Positions 16,457 to 24,216 of a DNA stretch of 26,351 bases are shown here, one piece after another. The notes under the pieces are model-generated. The model saw only the letters and a program-made list of their open reading frames with translations. It made no database searches and was not told where the DNA came from. The stretch spans positions 1 to 26,351 of the IMG/VR virus record IMGVR_UViG_3300044513_000278; one strand, given 5' to 3'. The stretch's first letter is position 1, and each line of letters opens with the position of its first letter. The position numbers and the translations under genes are program-made. Source of the stretch: a virus (taxonomy: Duplodnaviria > Caudoviricetes).

Positions 16457-19400
16457 ATGGTAGTTTTTAATAATGCAATGGCAGGTGCCGCCGGTTCTGG
16501 TGGCGCTGCCGCTGGGTATCAGATTGAACGGAGCTTGAGGTTTCATGCATCTGATTCTAGTAACATACAAAAGACTTTTACAACCGCTGGTAACCGCAGG
16601 CTGTGGACATGGAGTGGATGGGTAAAAAGAAGTATACTTGGAACGACTCAGCACATTTTTGGCGCACAAGGTACTAGCAACGCTGACTACTCCGAAATTT
16701 ATTTTAACCCAAACGATAAACTCCATATTGCCTTCGGATACTTGAGTCCTGTCAACATAAGAACGGCTCAAGTTTTTCGAGATACATCTGCTTGGTATCA
16801 TATTGTTATTGCTTTTGATGCTGCCGCTTCAGCTGCCAGTGACAGGTTAAAGCTTTATGTTAATGGTGTTGAAAATACTACCTGGGATCAAGATAACAGG
16901 TCCAGTTTTTCAAACACGGATTATGGTATAAACCGAGCAGGACTACATGATATTGGTGGTGCTCCTAATAGCACAAACGTTCAGGGCCTTGACTGCTACC
17001 TAGCCGACGTTCACTTCATCGACGGTCTCGCCCTTCCCGCCTCAGCATTTGCCGAACCTGACGCCAACGGAGTGTGGCAGCCGAAGGAATACATAAATCC
17101 TAACAATGGTACTACTTGGAGTAACTACGTCACCGGGAACTCTTTATATGCTTATGGACCAACCCGAGCCTTTGATGGCAATTTAAATACGCAGGCAATT
17201 CCTGATAGGACTGGCACTTCCACACCATCAACCCTAACCTTCACTCCGCCTTCGGCTATTTCTGGAAAGGTTGGTATCTACTTCCTTGCCAATACCAATG
17301 AAGATGATAGTGCAACAATCAGCATCAATGGTACCGATGTATCGTCTACGCTTCGCGCTGTCCAGGCGGCTGGTGGTTCGCAACCTTGGTATTACGAATT
17401 TGATAGTATTACTTCTTTGTCTAGCATTGCCTGGACAGCAGAAACTGGATTTGACGGATGGAATGTCTTTGGCATTACTATTAATGGAATGCTGCTTGTT
17501 GACGGCTGGAATCAATACAACGACGGTACGTTCTACAGCAACTACGGTGTAAGCATTAACGCCGACCCGACTCCACGTTTGTGGACACACGCTTTTGACG
17601 GAGCTGATGGCTCTTTTGTCACAGGTGACGGCAGCTCTAACAATCAGTCACTGTGGACGTATCCAGACGGCATTACAGTCAATACCTCATTGCGTCTGAA
17701 GCTAGCTGGTGGAACTAACTCATTTGTCTATGTCAATGGTTCGCAAGTAGCAGGCGTAACAAGCACAAATGCTAGCAGTCCAACATGGTACACAGTTACT
17801 GGTGTCAGCAATCTTACTTCTATTGGTGTTGGTAACAATGGAACCACTTGGTCTACGTTGCATCAAATCGAAGTAGACGGAACCGTCCTCACCGACGCAA
17901 CAGTTGGGCGGAACTCCTTCCACCTCAAATTCAACGATGCGTCTTCCAAAGATGCGCTTGGCACTGACAGCGCGAATGGGAATAATTGGACGGTAAATAA
18001 TATTATTGCCTCAAGCGCTAACACGCTTAGCAACGCTAGCCTGACAATGACGGTTGGCGATGATAGTGAAAACCGTGATCTAAGTAGAGCATTTGACGGC
18101 AGCACAAGTACATTTATCTTTGCTTCATCCTTTACCAAAAGTACACTTGACCTTACAGTTAGTTTTACAACACCACTCTCTATTAGTTCTACATTAGAGT
18201 TTTATTGGATTCCAAGCGATAATTGTAGTGGTACTGGACGTTGTAGTTCATTTAGTATCAATGGTGGTGGTTTCCAAACAGCTCCTGAAACCCAGGGAAC
18301 CTGGACTTGGCACAACATTTCTAGTCCTCCGTCGTCTTTGTCTACGTTCACGTTGCGGAAAACTTCATCAAATGTGAACAGTTGGGGTAACTTCGTTACA
18401 TTGGCTGCAATCAGAATTGACGGTACTATTGTTACTCTTACAACGCCAGAAGCTTGCGACTCCCTATTCGACTCGCCAACCAACGGCACCCAGACGGATT
18501 CTGGACTCGGCGGAGAATTGTCGGGGAACTACGCGACGTGGAACCCTCTTCACAGTCCGTCCCAAGTCACCATAAGCCAAGGTAATTTGAATATAAGCGC
18601 AGGCGCTGGATCTCCTAGCACTTACAGCTGTAATTCAACCTTTGGTATGTCAAGCGGTAAATGGTATTGGGAAGCTACAGCTATTACTGCTGGTACAAAC
18701 TCCAACCTAGGCATTTCAAAATCAGGAAGAATTGACATTACTTCTGGGTCTGGAACAGGCGGATACGCTTGGCAAGCGGAAACTGAAACCAAAGTTGTTG
18801 AAGGTGCTAATACTTCCGGATATGGAACGGCTGCAACTACTGGAAGCGTTGTCATGTTTGCTTTGGACATGGACAACCTTAAATTTTATGTTGGCAAAGA
18901 TGGTACTTGGTTTGATCTAGGCAACCCAGTAACCGGAGCAAACCCATTTAGCACGGTATCGGCTGGTACTTATTTAGCGACAGCGCGTCCGTATGCAGCT
19001 TCTGGCACCTGTGAATGGGCGTTTAACTGGGGTCAAAGACCCTTTGCCCATGCTGCGCCAACTGGTTTCAAGAGTGTATGCACAGCCAACCTGCCGACTC
19101 CCGACATTGAAGACGGCTCCACCGCGTTTGATGTGGTGACGTATGACGGACAAAGTGGTAACAAGTCGATTGATACCTTGTCGTTTAAACCAGAGTTTCT
19201 ATGGGTTAAGTCACGTAATTTGGGTGCTTCACATCACGTCTATGATGTAATTCGTGGTGTAAATCGACTGGTTACGGATGACAATAACTACCAGTACAAC
19301 AACGGAGACTTTGTATCCTTTGACGATAATGGTTTTACATTAGGAAATAGCAGTCAGGTCAACTCCGCAAGCAACACCTATGTGTCTTACTCGTGGGATG

Positions 19401-20167
19401 CTGGTGGCGAACCAACTACTGACAACGTAGCGGGTGCAGGTAACGTGCCTACGGCAGGTTCTGTCAAAATTGACGGTAACAATATGACCAGTGCATTGCC
19501 AGGCACTGTTCCAGTAACCAGAGCAAGTATCAATACAACTGCTGGATTCTCTGTTGTAAGCTACAACGCTGGCGGCACAAGTGGAACTGTTTATCACGGT
19601 TTGCCTAAACCAGGAATGATTCTGCTCAAGAACTACGGCAGTAGTTACAACTGGAGTGCGTGGATTGACCAAAACGGCACCAACGCTGCTGGTTATTTAG
19701 ACTTGAATGATCAGTTCTCTGGCACTAACAACGCTTGGTTGAACTTTGGCAGTCAAGAGCCAAGTGCTAATGTGTTTAATGTTGCCAATTATGCTGATGA
19801 CAATGATCCACACATTGCATACGTGTGGACTGCAGTAGAAGGGTATTCTGCTTTTAACGTCTTTACTGGAGGCGGTAGTACAAACAAGTTCATCTACACC
19901 GGGTTCCGCCCCAGGTGGATCATGTTCAAGGAAACAAATGATCCTTCTGGTTGGGCAATTTGGGATTCGGAAAGAAGCACTTATAACACAAATTGGTTGA
20001 GCATCGATGCTGCCTATCCAGATATTGAACAAGACCTTAGTGGACGTATTAGTCCATTAAGTAATGGTTTCTATGTTCACACTACATTTTTCCCAAATGT
20101 GACTAACAACATTTGTGCGTATGCAGCTTTTGCTGAACATCCATTCCGCCACTCGCGTGCTCGCTAA
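16457..20167 (+). CDS. Large modular receptor-binding protein (LamG/concanavalin-like, three AFDG modules, SPRY-like)
   Basis: YQIERSLRF...WTWSGWVKR...FRDTSAWYHIV...LYVNGV (LamG-like); SGKWYWE...ALDMDN.K.Y.GKDGTW...NWGQRPF (SPRY-like); C-terminal F.VVTY.G / GFRPRWIM.K repeats. Confidence 0.75.
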   Translation: MVVFNNAMAGAAGSGGAAAGYQIERSLRFHASDSSNIQKTFTTAGNRRLWTWSGWVKRSILGTTQHIFGAQGTSNADYSEIYFNPNDKLHIAFGYLSPVNIRTAQVFRDTSAWYHIVIAFDAAASAASDRLKLYVNGVENTTWDQDNRSSFSNTDYGINRAGLHDIGGAPNSTNVQGLDCYLADVHFIDGLALPASAFAEPDANGVWQPKEYINPNNGTTWSNYVTGNSLYAYGPTRAFDGNLNTQAIPDRTGTSTPSTLTFTPPSAISGKVGIYFLANTNEDDSATISINGTDVSSTLRAVQAAGGSQPWYYEFDSITSLSSIAWTAETGFDGWNVFGITINGMLLVDGWNQYNDGTFYSNYGVSINADPTPRLWTHAFDGADGSFVTGDGSSNNQSLWTYPDGITVNTSLRLKLAGGTNSFVYVNGSQVAGVTSTNASSPTWYTVTGVSNLTSIGVGNNGTTWSTLHQIEVDGTVLTDATVGRNSFHLKFNDASSKDALGTDSANGNNWTVNNIIASSANTLSNASLTMTVGDDSENRDLSRAFDGSTSTFIFASSFTKSTLDLTVSFTTPLSISSTLEFYWIPSDNCSGTGRCSSFSINGGGFQTAPETQGTWTWHNISSPPSSLSTFTLRKTSSNVNSWGNFVTLAAIRIDGTIVTLTTPEACDSLFDSPTNGTQTDSGLGGELSGNYATWNPLHSPSQVTISQGNLNISAGAGSPSTYSCNSTFGMSSGKWYWEATAITAGTNSNLGISKSGRIDITSGSGTGGYAWQAETETKVVEGANTSGYGTAATTGSVVMFALDMDNLKFYVGKDGTWFDLGNPVTGANPFSTVSAGTYLATARPYAASGTCEWAFNWGQRPFAHAAPTGFKSVCTANLPTPDIEDGSTAFDVVTYDGQSGNKSIDTLSFKPEFLWVKSRNLGASHHVYDVIRGVNRLVTDDNNYQYNNGDFVSFDDNGFTLGNSSQVNSASNTYVSYSWDAGGEPTTDNVAGAGNVPTAGSVKIDGNNMTSALPGTVPVTRASINTTAGFSVVSYNAGGTSGTVYHGLPKPGMILLKNYGSSYNWSAWIDQNGTNAAGYLDLNDQFSGTNNAWLNFGSQEPSANVFNVANYADDNDPHIAYVWTAVEGYSAFNVFTGGGSTNKFIYTGFRPRWIMFKETNDPSGWAIWDSERSTYNTNWLSIDAAYPDIEQDLSGRISPLSNGFYVHTTFFPNVTNNICAYAAFAEHPFRHSRAR

Positions 20168-20184
20168 CTCAATTATAACTAACT

Positions 20185-20784
20185 ATGTACATTCTTGATG
20201 GAAAACGCCTTGCACCTAACAAGGCTTTCACTACGTCAGATGGTCGCCAGTTCCCCAGTAATTGGCTCAAGCTGACCACAATTGAAGAGAAGCAGGCGAT
20301 CGGTATTGAGATTCAGCCTGACCCAGTTGTTACTTACTACGACCAACGGTTCTATTGGTCTGCAGAGCTGCCTAAGGACCACGACCAACTGAAAGAGCAG
20401 TGGGTAGCTACTACTAAGCAAACTGCCGGTTCCCTTCTTAGCCAGTACGACTGGTACATCACTCGTCAAGCTGAGACCGGCAAAGCCGTACCTCAAGAAG
20501 TTCTTGACTACCGCGCTGCTGTCCGTACCCAATCGGATAACCGTGAGGTGATGATCAACGGCACTGCTGACACGGAACAACTTGCTGCAGTCATTACTTC
20601 TGACTTTGGTGGCATATTCCCGTGGCCTCGTGGTCCGTTTGAACCCCTTCCTGTTGCAGATGAACCGTCAGAGGAGCCTGTGAGCGGCTCTGACACCCTT
20701 TCATTTGATGGCGTGACCACTGGCACCGCAATCACCGGTAGCGCCGTTCTAGGCGGCTCTGGTGAAGACGTAATTAGCTTCTAA
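20185..20784 (+). CDS. Putative tail-fibre assembly/chaperone-like protein
   Basis: 199 aa directly after the fibre genes. Motifs FPSNWL, YDQRFYW and LLSQYDWYITR...VP.....YRAAVR resemble the 'LL..TDW...R' fibre-assembly proteins of marine phages. Confidence 0.5.
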   Translation: MYILDGKRLAPNKAFTTSDGRQFPSNWLKLTTIEEKQAIGIEIQPDPVVTYYDQRFYWSAELPKDHDQLKEQWVATTKQTAGSLLSQYDWYITRQAETGKAVPQEVLDYRAAVRTQSDNREVMINGTADTEQLAAVITSDFGGIFPWPRGPFEPLPVADEPSEEPVSGSDTLSFDGVTTGTAITGSAVLGGSGEDVISF

Positions 20785-20789
20785 GAACA

Positions 20790-20951
20790 ATGATTTCCCT
20801 TATCCGTCCAATCCTTTTCACCTTTCTTGGCTCTACCCAAGTCAAGCGTCTGATCGTTGACCTGCTTCGCAAGCTTGCAGAGTCTACCGACAACGACATT
20901 GACGACAAAGCTGTTGAGTTCATCGAAAACGGTCTCTTTCCGAAGCGATGA
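20790..20951 (+). CDS. Small 53-aa protein, possible lysis accessory (absent from the ORF track)
   Basis: ATG 20790 to TGA 20949-20951: MISLIRPILFTFLGSTQVKRLIVDLLRKLAESTDNDIDDKAVEFIENGLFPKR. It fills the gap exactly and its stop overlaps the endolysin start (ATGA). Confidence 0.8.
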   Translation: MISLIRPILFTFLGSTQVKRLIVDLLRKLAESTDNDIDDKAVEFIENGLFPKR

Positions 20952-21517
20952 CTATCCGGCTGACCGATGTAGTCAAGTACTACAAGGGTCTGCCTAATCA
21001 AGTAAAGGCTCTCGAAGCTCTGGAGCGACTCCTGGGCGACGAGGGTCTTTCTAATTCTCAGGAATGGGTGCAGCTGTGGCGGTTACCCGTTGCAACTGCG
21101 CCTAAAAAGACCTTCGATAACACGTGGGATGGCATTGAAGCTGCTGCACAAGCGGCTGGTGCCAAGTTTCCTGAGGTTGTGGCAGCTCAGTGGGCGCTTG
21201 AATCTGCATATGGCACCGCTACAAGCGGTAAGAACAACTATTTCGGGATCAAAGGGTCACCAGGCACCCTGAAAAAGACCTGGGAAGACTACGGCAACGG
21301 TCCTGTGACCATTCAAGCCGTATTTAAGGACTTTGAAACACCCTACGACTGCGTAAAACACCTTGTTGACCAGTGGTACAAAGACTACAAAGGCTACAAA
21401 GGTGTTAATCGCGCCTCTACCCGTGAGGACTGTGCGTATCTGCTAAAGGCAGAAGGTTATGCGACAGATCCAATCTACCCAGAAAAGCTCTGTCGTTTAA
21501 TGACGCAACATGATTGA
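20948..21517 (+). CDS. Endolysin, GH73 glucosaminidase (FlgJ-like)
   Basis: AAQWALESAYG (catalytic Glu), NNYFGIKG and GYATDP.Y..KL are the GH73 signature motifs. Confidence 0.9.
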   Translation: MTIRLTDVVKYYKGLPNQVKALEALERLLGDEGLSNSQEWVQLWRLPVATAPKKTFDNTWDGIEAAAQAAGAKFPEVVAAQWALESAYGTATSGKNNYFGIKGSPGTLKKTWEDYGNGPVTIQAVFKDFETPYDCVKHLVDQWYKDYKGYKGVNRASTREDCAYLLKAEGYATDPIYPEKLCRLMTQHD

Positions 21518-21764
21518 AGCAGGAGTAGCTACAGCGTTAGCGCTTGTCACAGGTTTAGCTGCACTCACCAACCGGTTACACCGCCGTATTGATGAAGTGC
21601 ACGGTCGAATTTCCCTTGTTGACCGGCGCATTGACAACGCAGAACTAGATATGGCACGTCATTACGTTTACAAAGACGATTTTGAACGTGCTTTTGAAAA
21701 GATGGAAGACCACATGGTCCGCATCGAAAGCAAATTAGACAAACTGACGTTGAGAAATGGCTAA
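21510..21764 (+). CDS. Putative holin-like membrane-anchored coiled-coil protein
   Basis: 84 aa with an N-terminal hydrophobic helix (AGVATALALVTGLAAL) and a heptad-rich tail (RIESKLDKL). It occupies the T7 gp17.5 position just before terS. Confidence 0.5.
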   Translation: MIEAGVATALALVTGLAALTNRLHRRIDEVHGRISLVDRRIDNAELDMARHYVYKDDFERAFEKMEDHMVRIESKLDKLTLRNG

Positions 21765-22002
21765 GAATAAGGCGTCGGAGGACATGTTCAATGAGCTTCA
21801 CAACCTTGTTACTACAGAGTTCCTTCAACGCATCAAATCTGGAGAAGCTTCCACACAAGACCTTAAAGCGGCTTGTGATTGGTTAGCCAAGAACGACATT
21901 AGTGGTGTTGCTTATGAAGGCAACCCTCTCGACAAACTAGCAACAGTAATGCCAAAGATTGACCCTGAAATGGTTCAGAGGAGATTGTATGGCAAAGTCT
22001 AA
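21757..22002 (+). CDS. Terminase small subunit (T7 gp18-like)
   Basis: 81 aa; KASEDMFNELH..VT.EFL.RIKSGEA...DLKAA.DWL..NDI matches the gp18-like pattern, and the gene lies upstream of terL. Confidence 0.85.
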   Translation: MAKNKASEDMFNELHNLVTTEFLQRIKSGEASTQDLKAACDWLAKNDISGVAYEGNPLDKLATVMPKIDPEMVQRRLYGKV

Positions 22003-22246
22003 GACTCAAAAGTACTACGACGAAAACCCAGCGGCTAATAAAAGGCGTCTTAAACAGCAAGCTAAATACAACAAGACTGCCAAAGGCTTAATGATCCGTA
22101 CTCGCGCCAACGACCTTAACGAACAACTTGGTACCTACGGGAATGGTGACGGTATGGATGCATCACACACTGGACCTGGGAAAGGAAAGCTTGAAAAACC
22201 TTCTACGAACCGTCGTAGGCCAAGGACTGGCCAGAAGTACGCATGA
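21989..22246 (+). CDS. Small basic protein with a degenerate HNH-like motif
   Basis: Start moved to ATG 21989 (SD GAGGAG at 21978-21983), giving 85 aa. GDGMDASH...LEKPSTNRRR resembles the phage 'GDGKDVxH...S.NR' minimal HNH-like family but has a shortened loop. Confidence 0.6.
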   Translation: MAKSKTQKYYDENPAANKRRLKQQAKYNKTAKGLMIRTRANDLNEQLGTYGNGDGMDASHTGPGKGKLEKPSTNRRRPRTGQKYA

Positions 22247-22572
22247 CACCGCTACTACCAACACCTGATCACTACCTCCAAAACCTAATAACCATGACAA
22301 GTCCTGAAGCTAAGCGGCTCTGGAGAAGAGCCATTAAAGAGCACTTCAATTGTCAATGTGTCTATTGCGGAGAACACTATGAATTACATGAACTTACTCT
22401 TGATCACGTACGTCCTCGCTGCTTTGGCGGGGAAGACCTTACATCAAATCTTGTACCCTCCTGTTGGGGATGTAATCAGGCTAAAGGTAGTAACAACTGG
22501 CTCACGTGGATGAGACAGACATTTGGAATAAACCCATCCCGAGAGGGAATGATTCTTTCACATATTAACTAA
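22243..22572 (+). CDS. HNH endonuclease with Cys4 zinc finger (McrA/HK97 gp74-like architecture)
   Basis: CVYCG...LTLDHVRPR..GG....SNLVPSC..CNQAKG is a complete HNH motif with two CxxC pairs. Confidence 0.92.
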   Translation: MTPLLPTPDHYLQNLITMTSPEAKRLWRRAIKEHFNCQCVYCGEHYELHELTLDHVRPRCFGGEDLTSNLVPSCWGCNQAKGSNNWLTWMRQTFGINPSREGMILSHIN

Positions 22573-23339
22573 TGGCTAAATGGAAAAAGGTCTACGTCCC
22601 TGGTAAAGGTGACCGCTGGACTGATGGCAACGGTAACTACCGTTATACAAATCCCGCACTAAAAGACAACGTAAAAGGCGCAGCAAGGTCACTTAAAGAG
22701 TCCCTATCAAACATTGCTAGCGGCTATCAACAAGCAAGTCAACGTACTGCAGATCGCCTAGCTAGCGAAGAGAAAGCGAAAGTTGAACGCGGTTTTGGTT
22801 CAAGGCAGCGGTCTGAACGCACTCAGGCTGAAGCTGCAGAAATGGCTAAGCCAAAACCCAAACCCAAGCCTCAACCTAAGCCGGTACCAAAGGCAGAAGC
22901 TAAGCCAAAGCCGAAGCCTATTCCTAAGGAAGAGACAAAGACATCTCAACCATCTAAGCCTCAACCAAAGCCGCAACCAAAACCTGTTCCTAAGGCTGAG
23001 TCAAAACCGTCACCTAAGAGTAAGACCAAACCTGCTTCTAAGGCGTCTGAAACTTACAAGGACGGTGGCAAAGGTCTCTACCAAGGTTCTAAGGAATACC
23101 GCGACAAAGTTGGAGGTTCTGGCAACCCCCTGTTAAATCGTCTTCGTCGTGACATGGGTCGTGATGAGGCGACTGGTGAAAAGCCGAACGCTATTCCCAA
23201 GTCAAACAAGCCTGCATCGAAGAAAGGTTCCTCTACTCCTTCACAGGCAAGCAAGCCGATGACTGGTGGCAGCTTCAACGAAAGGAACCTGTTTGACAGA
23301 AAGAAGAAGAACCGCAATGGCGGTGGCTCTTACGCATAA
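22572..23339 (+). CDS. Hypothetical Lys/Pro-rich basic low-complexity protein
   Basis: 255 aa with a TAATG overlap with the HNH gene, a central (KP)n tract with KPQPKPVPKAE twice, and a terminator downstream. Confidence 0.8.
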   Translation: MAKWKKVYVPGKGDRWTDGNGNYRYTNPALKDNVKGAARSLKESLSNIASGYQQASQRTADRLASEEKAKVERGFGSRQRSERTQAEAAEMAKPKPKPKPQPKPVPKAEAKPKPKPIPKEETKTSQPSKPQPKPQPKPVPKAESKPSPKSKTKPASKASETYKDGGKGLYQGSKEYRDKVGGSGNPLLNRLRRDMGRDEATGEKPNAIPKSNKPASKKGSSTPSQASKPMTGGSFNERNLFDRKKKNRNGGGSYA

Positions 23340-23376
23340 ACAACCTATCCACTAACGGATACACGAATAACTAACT

Positions 23377-23404
23377 GCCGCTCCGAAAAGGGGCGGCTTT
23401 TTTT
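23377..23404 (+). terminator. Rho-independent terminator
   Basis: GCCGCTCC-GAAAA-GGGGCGGC (23377-23397) followed by T7 (23398-23404). Confidence 0.85.
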
Positions 23405-24160
23405 ATGGCTGCTTCCAAAGCTGGAAGTCGGCGTGAAGTCTTACCTTTTCCGAGTAGTCCACGAGACAAACAGAACGCTATAAAGAAGCACAAAGAGGCT
23501 AAGAAACGCGGACTTCCAATTCCCCATTTCAAAAAGAAAGACGGCTCAGTCCATTATCTAGACAACAAAGGTAATGGTAGATTAATGTTTAATGACCTAG
23601 CAACTAAGCTTGCAAACGAAGCTGGTAGGCGTGCAAACAAGCTCAACGCCAAACCAAAACTCGAACACTACGTTGAAGCTTACGGTCAAAAGCTAGGAAC
23701 ACAGTTGTTTCAAGCTGAACAAGCCAAACTTAAAAAGATCTACAAGAACACTCCTTCTAAAACACACGACGTAGATCACGCCAACAGCTTGGCTGATGGA
23801 GGTGTTCACCACTCTTCTAATCTAAGGATGCAGAACAGCGGCAAGAACCGTTCAGAAGGTCAACGCCAGTTACCTGCTCCTGCAAGAGTCGGGTTGATGC
23901 AAGCATCTACGCCACAAGAACAGGTGCGTATGGCTGGACCTGCAATGACACCTAAACAACGACAGAGATTCCTGCAATCTTTTGACGTAGGTAACGGTAT
24001 GGTTCGACCTAGCTCCCCGCAGACTCAGGCAAGCTACAACTCTGATCTGAGTCCTATTAACGGCAACACTGGTCACAGCGCTGTTGGGTCAATTGCAGCA
24101 CGCACTAACCAATACTCTGATGCTCCACAGATCGCATTAGGGTTTGGACTCGCTAATTGA
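23405..24160 (+). CDS. Putative HNH endonuclease (Cys-free), possibly a homing endonuclease
   Basis: 251 aa, basic N-terminus. HDVDHANSLADGGVHHSSNLRMQNSGKNRSEG fits the D-H...GG....NL......N beta-beta-alpha-metal motif. The start codon is uncertain. Confidence 0.7.
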   Translation: MAASKAGSRREVLPFPSSPRDKQNAIKKHKEAKKRGLPIPHFKKKDGSVHYLDNKGNGRLMFNDLATKLANEAGRRANKLNAKPKLEHYVEAYGQKLGTQLFQAEQAKLKKIYKNTPSKTHDVDHANSLADGGVHHSSNLRMQNSGKNRSEGQRQLPAPARVGLMQASTPQEQVRMAGPAMTPKQRQRFLQSFDVGNGMVRPSSPQTQASYNSDLSPINGNTGHSAVGSIAARTNQYSDAPQIALGFGLAN

Positions 24161-24216
24161 CCCCTAGAAGCCTCTACAAGGCCTCTATTTATCCACTTAG
24201 GTACATTCTATCATAA

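Noticed and set aside
15836-16801. 321-aa minus-strand ORF across fibre genes, plus other antisense ORFs (498..1067, 9182..9799, 13202..13717, 14598..15146)
   Set aside because: They overlap well-supported + strand genes and have Ser/Arg/Cys-rich or mirror-codon composition with no domain signal.
16457-20167. Diversity-generating retroelement or invertible shufflon acting on the fibre genes
   Set aside because: No reverse transcriptase or recombinase in the window, and no near-identical template/variable repeat pair or inverted crossover sites seen. The repeats are old and protein-level.
21959-21988. Upstream TTG start for the small HNH-like gene
   Set aside because: ATG 21989 has a well-spaced GAGGAG SD and a shorter overlap with terS.
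22847-23040. CRISPR-like or DNA tandem repeat
   Set aside because: The repetition comes from Lys-Pro codons with varied third positions; there is no fixed repeat-spacer pattern.
23078-23317. Minus-strand ORF with a lipobox-like LLAC as a possible Rz1/o-spanin
   Set aside because: Wrong strand for an embedded Rz1, poor signal peptide and no Rz partner. The + strand alternative-frame ORF 22783..23136 has no lipobox.
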